Position numbers and translations under genes: made by a program. A stretch of 64,000 bases of DNA from Candidatus Obscuribacteraceae bacterium (GTDB lineage Bacteria; Cyanobacteriota; Vampirovibrionia; Obscuribacterales; Obscuribacteraceae), in contig JBGAHS010000002.1 of assembly GCA_044226015.1 (NCBI GenBank), positions 851,435-915,434 of the forward strand. Reading direction: 5' to 3'. The notes under the pieces were generated by a model, which ran no database searches, was not told the origin of the DNA, and saw only the letters and a program-made list of their open reading frames with translations. Shown piece by piece: positions 60,380 through 64,000 of this stretch; within the stretch, counting starts at the first letter, position 1, and each line of letters begins with the position of its first letter.

Positions 60380-60442
60380 AATGGCATTATAAAGGTCGAA
60401 TAGCAGTTAAACTATTGATTCTCAGGACTGGTTGGATTTCTC

Positions 60443-61126
60443 ATGGCAAAGATTCTAATTGTTGAAGACGACGTTTCATTCGGACAGGGACTTGTAGACT
60501 GGCTCGAATTTGAAAAAAACGAGGTAACCTGGCGCACCGACGGCATCGCCGGGCTAGAGGAACTGCAAAGCGGCAGCGATTTCGACATCATAATCCTAGA
60601 TATAGAAATGCCCAAGATGAACGGCCTTGAGGTTTGCAAGAGATATAGAGATGGCGGAGGAACTACTCCGATTCTCATGTTGACAGGAAAAAACGCTGTC
60701 ACTGACAAAGTTAATGGGCTAGATTGTGGAGCTGACGACTACTTGACAAAACCGTTTCACCCGCGCGAGTTGTCAGCAAGATTAAAAGCTGTCGCCCGCC
60801 GACCAGCAGGGTTGCTTCCCAATATCTTGTCTGCTGGAAACATTAGCTTGAACACGCAATCTTGCCAAGTGTTGAAGGATGGACAAGAAGTCAAGCTGCA
60901 GCGAATGGAATATGCGGTTCTGGAATTCCTCATGAAAAATGCCGGAAAAGTTTACAGCCCAAACGATTTGCTTAACGCGGTCTGGACAGCAGAATCAGAC
61001 CGCTCACCCGAAACAATACGCACATGCATCAAAAAGATTCGCGACAAGATAGATATACCGGGAAAAGATTCAGTAATTCAGAACGTCCACGGCGTTGGCT
61101 ACAAAGTCGTATTGGCCGATAACTAA
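60443..61126 (+). CDS. OmpR-family response regulator
   Basis: IVEDD, LDIEMP, GADDYLTKPF, C-terminal wHTH ending IQNVHGVGY; divergent from the HK. Confidence 0.95.
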   Translation: MAKILIVEDDVSFGQGLVDWLEFEKNEVTWRTDGIAGLEELQSGSDFDIIILDIEMPKMNGLEVCKRYRDGGGTTPILMLTGKNAVTDKVNGLDCGADDYLTKPFHPRELSARLKAVARRPAGLLPNILSAGNISLNTQSCQVLKDGQEVKLQRMEYAVLEFLMKNAGKVYSPNDLLNAVWTAESDRSPETIRTCIKKIRDKIDIPGKDSVIQNVHGVGYKVVLADN

Positions 61127-61269
61127 TCTATATTATCTGACGGTACTGAAGGCGATACCACGCACTTGTGGGCAAAATGTGGTGGCAAAAATTTTCCGCC
61201 ACCACATGTAGAGGCTCGACATTTTCAATAAAAAATTAGATAATTCTCGTACAACTGCGGGGGTTTGGT

Positions 61270-62964
61270 ATGGCTGCAGAGTCTAATGCTCGTTCGCTCG
61301 ATGATGGCGATTTTGTTATTGACAGAATGGATCTTGCTGGGTTAGAGGAGTTCTTTCTCGAACACGAAGAACTTTTCACCAGGGGGCTGAGCATTAAGCA
61401 AGCGGTCTTCTATTACGGCGAAACCAGGAAATCTTTGAAGGCAAAGGTTGAGGATGGCAGCATTCCAGCGATTCGTTTGCCGGAAGAACAAGGCGGGAAA
61501 TGGAGAGTTTTCCCCGATGGTGTTCCTGAGCAGCTGCAGAATTTGATACCAAAGAAGGTGCGCCGCAAACAAGAGCAACCGGAGTCTGAGCCAGTTCAAT
61601 CTGAGACTGCGATTCAAACTGAAAATCATATTGCAGAGTTGCACGTCATCGGACCAGCAAAACCAAAAAGCAAGAATAAAGCAAAGTCCAAAGCTCACGA
61701 GCCTAAAGCACACGAACATGAGTCCAAAGCCCTTGAGTCAAAAAAAGAGGATTACTCTGCCGAGCTAAACGACTGGCAGTGGAACGAAACTTTAGAAAAT
61801 CCGTTTGTAGAATCAAGCACGGTATTCGTAGCCGAGATACCCATCGAGCCTAAAATGCCAGACTTTCCGGTTCTCAATTTCGGCACCGGTGACCTTGAAC
61901 ACAACAAAATTGTTGAACTGCCAAAAGTGGAAGACAACAAGTCCCTCAGCTCGCCAGTTTTAGAACCGGGACAAATTGATGTTCTACAAGAAACAACAGC
62001 AGTAACATCAATGCCCGAGCCACTTATCGATGAAGTAGCAGACCAAATTGCCGATGCATCAGCCCCCTCTGTTTCCGAGCTGTCAGTGGACGCGGAAATA
62101 GAAATGGAGCATGCCCAAATAGCTAACACGGCTCCCCTACTTTTCGACCCTATTTTGATAGACGCCACCACCTCTGACTACTCAATCGAGACAAGCCCGG
62201 AAATTCCTTCGCTTACACAAGATGAAGAAGAGACAGCAGCAGCAATCATAGAAGTTCCAACGAATGAACTTGCTGTTCAAACTGAAACCGTTTCGTATCT
62301 TGCAGACCTTTTCTCGTCAGAAGAAATCAGCGAGCCCACTCACTCAGTTGAAGCAGCGACTTACAATTACGAAGAAACTTGTTATAAACAAAGTGCTGAG
62401 CTGCCTATTACACCTGAAACCAACACTGTTGTGCATGAAGAAATTCCAGTGCCGCCTGCCATAGACTTCGAAAACTCGGCGAGAATCACAAATGATTTCG
62501 CTGCAATGGCAGCACTAGAAATTCCCTGCACTGACTTCTTTCCATCCCCTTCAGGAATTTTGCCCGAATTAAGCCTGACTGATGAAAGAGTCCTTGGCGC
62601 TGAAAACTTTGTCACAGCAATCGCATACGAAAGCTCCAAAACTGACATGTCAATTACGGAAGGCAAGTCATTCATGGCCTTCTCAAAAATGCCTGTGCCT
62701 TCGGTCGATACTACTACCGGTGGCATGATCGAAATTGATAGCCTACTCGACAGGCTCTCGGATCTTGAGAAACAGCTAGACGCAGTTTCAGACCGAAACA
62801 ATTATCTAGAAACAAGAGTGCTTGGGCTGGAAGATCAAATCAAGTTCTTGACGCACAGCCACTACCAGAACAAAGGATTCAACAAATTGATTCTCTTGCT
62901 TCCCGGCTTGGCAATGCTCGCAATCATCTATTTGATTCGCTTTGCTCCGATGGGTACACCCTAA
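61270..62964 (+). CDS. Hypothetical protein: N-terminal HTH-like domain, long acidic disordered region, coiled coil, C-terminal TM
   Basis: LSIKQAVFYYG...GSIPAIRL...KWRV (MerR/excisionase-like); E/P/T-rich middle; LLDRLSDLEKQL...LEDQIKFL; LILLLPGLAMLAIIYLI. Confidence 0.75.
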   Translation: MAAESNARSLDDGDFVIDRMDLAGLEEFFLEHEELFTRGLSIKQAVFYYGETRKSLKAKVEDGSIPAIRLPEEQGGKWRVFPDGVPEQLQNLIPKKVRRKQEQPESEPVQSETAIQTENHIAELHVIGPAKPKSKNKAKSKAHEPKAHEHESKALESKKEDYSAELNDWQWNETLENPFVESSTVFVAEIPIEPKMPDFPVLNFGTGDLEHNKIVELPKVEDNKSLSSPVLEPGQIDVLQETTAVTSMPEPLIDEVADQIADASAPSVSELSVDAEIEMEHAQIANTAPLLFDPILIDATTSDYSIETSPEIPSLTQDEEETAAAIIEVPTNELAVQTETVSYLADLFSSEEISEPTHSVEAATYNYEETCYKQSAELPITPETNTVVHEEIPVPPAIDFENSARITNDFAAMAALEIPCTDFFPSPSGILPELSLTDERVLGAENFVTAIAYESSKTDMSITEGKSFMAFSKMPVPSVDTTTGGMIEIDSLLDRLSDLEKQLDAVSDRNNYLETRVLGLEDQIKFLTHSHYQNKGFNKLILLLPGLAMLAIIYLIRFAPMGTP

Positions 62965-63419
62965 AACCGCTGCAAAAATTTAGCGATGATAGTAAGGGAG
63001 ATGCCTGGTTTTTGCGCTCCCGTCACTCGAACTGAAAATATGAAGGGCTGAGGCTCTCCAGACAAGAGCTGCTGGATATCATACTGCTGTGCCCGCACGT
63101 CGCAAGAGCAAGCAAAAGCGATATACCGCAAACGCAACCTCTGCCTATTGTTCCAGCGCACAGCAGAAACAGAAGCCAGCCATTTTCGGCACAAAAGCAG
63201 CTGTTTCAGAACACATAGCAGAGAATTTTTCGTCAAACCCTTGTCAAATAGCCAACTGTGCTACATAATGAAAGTACTTGACATTTACAACTGCGCTTCC
63301 TGTCAGGATTTGCGAAAGCCTAAGAGAATTCAGACCAATTCTCCGGCTTTGCAGATCAACTTTTGCCGTTAAACCAAAAACGTGTCGAATCCTGTCACAG
63401 CGCAAGTGAGGGCTCGACA

Positions 63420-64000
63420 ATGCAAAGACATCCACCTGCAATTGCTAAGGCAATTTTGATTTGCAAAAGTCGAGCCTTCTTTTTCTACTCGTCCTGGCAA
63501 AACACTGAGCAGCAGAGGCGAAAGAACACACTAACCAGAACATACACAAGAAATCTATTACTTGCTCTTTTACTATGCTCACTTTCAGCGCCCGCAATTG
63601 CCACGGACGAGAATTTGTACGAGCAGTCATTCCACAAAGCATGGAAACTCGTGGAAGATAACACTGCATATACCGAACGCCTTGAACGCTGGAAAGAATG
63701 GGAACACAAGTTCGATGGAAAACTAAAAAACAAGCAAGACCTTGAGCTTGCCCTGACAAAGGCACTCAATAATTTCGGCGATAAGTATACTTATTTCAGA
63801 AACGAGGATCAAACAAGCTCAAGTCGCAAGGCCGACCAGGACCCGGAAGCCGTGAGCTTCGACATGCCAGGTCCACAACTCGCGCACATATCGATTCACA
63901 ATTTCAGTTCAGTACACACAGCAGATGAACTCGAAACTGCTTTACTAAAATGCAAAAACTGCACAGGTTATATTCTCGACTTACGCAACAACCATGGTGG
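63420..64000 (+). CDS. S41 (CtpA/Prc-like) peptidase, partial, runs off right edge
   Basis: Manual translation from ATG 63420: ...LLLALLLCSLSAPAIA...FHKAWKLV...GDKYTYF...AHISIHNF...YILDLRNNHGG. Confidence 0.82.
   Translation, partial: MQRHPPAIAKAILICKSRAFFFYSSWQNTEQQRRKNTLTRTYTRNLLLALLLCSLSAPAIATDENLYEQSFHKAWKLVEDNTAYTERLERWKEWEHKFDGKLKNKQDLELALTKALNNFGDKYTYFRNEDQTSSSRKADQDPEAVSFDMPGPQLAHISIHNFSSVHTADELETALLKCKNCTGYILDLRNNHG

Noticed and set aside
62961..63441. Short ORFs between the HTH-like protein and the S41 peptidase
   Set aside because: No motif, RBS or compositional support
1..64000. tRNA, rRNA, prophage, integrase or transposase
   Set aside because: No recognisable signatures found by manual reading; a tRNAscan/Infernal run would be needed to exclude them formally

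Overview
A 64-kb, gene-dense bacterial chromosomal window of moderate GC. No rRNA, tRNA, transposase or cas gene was seen. The gene repertoire suggests a non-photosynthetic cyanobacterial relative (Melainabacteria/Obscuribacterales-like): many membrane Ser/Thr kinases, 'LKI-x-x-KG-LI-VAVP' type sensor histidine kinases and orphan Tad pseudopilins. This taxonomy is inference only. Recognisable content: a tandem-module sensor kinase missed by the ORF track (1-2138, runs off the left edge), three Ser/Thr kinases, osmC, galT/galK, a SWIM-SNF2 ATPase, a divergently split vWA(TerY)-PP2C-kinase triad, alpha-2-macroglobulin plus an L,D-transpeptidase-family gene, a stand-alone dnaK, a TPR-TadE-TadG-TadE cluster, a 10-repeat Cys/His protein, RecQ, a metazoan-like ankyrin glutaminase, a urate-to-allantoate catabolic operon (HpyO-like, allB, alc, uraD, uraH), a deoxyhypusine-synthase-like gene plus cupin, peptide deformylase, tricorn protease, a Rieske oxygenase plus ribokinase, a divergent HK/RR pair and a partial S41 peptidase. 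The most notable unexplained signals are: (i) two outward-facing homologous putative ~60-nt small RNAs (58067-58129 and 58756-58817) with an identical 19-nt seed, conserved promoter-like spacing and different terminator stems; (ii) the multi-repeat Cys protein at 35.6-36.6 kb; (iii) the His-to-Asp pseudo-kinase fused to a second sensor module, facing a Ser/Thr kinase that carries a homologous sensor/HAMP module; (iv) the eukaryote-type glutaminase.
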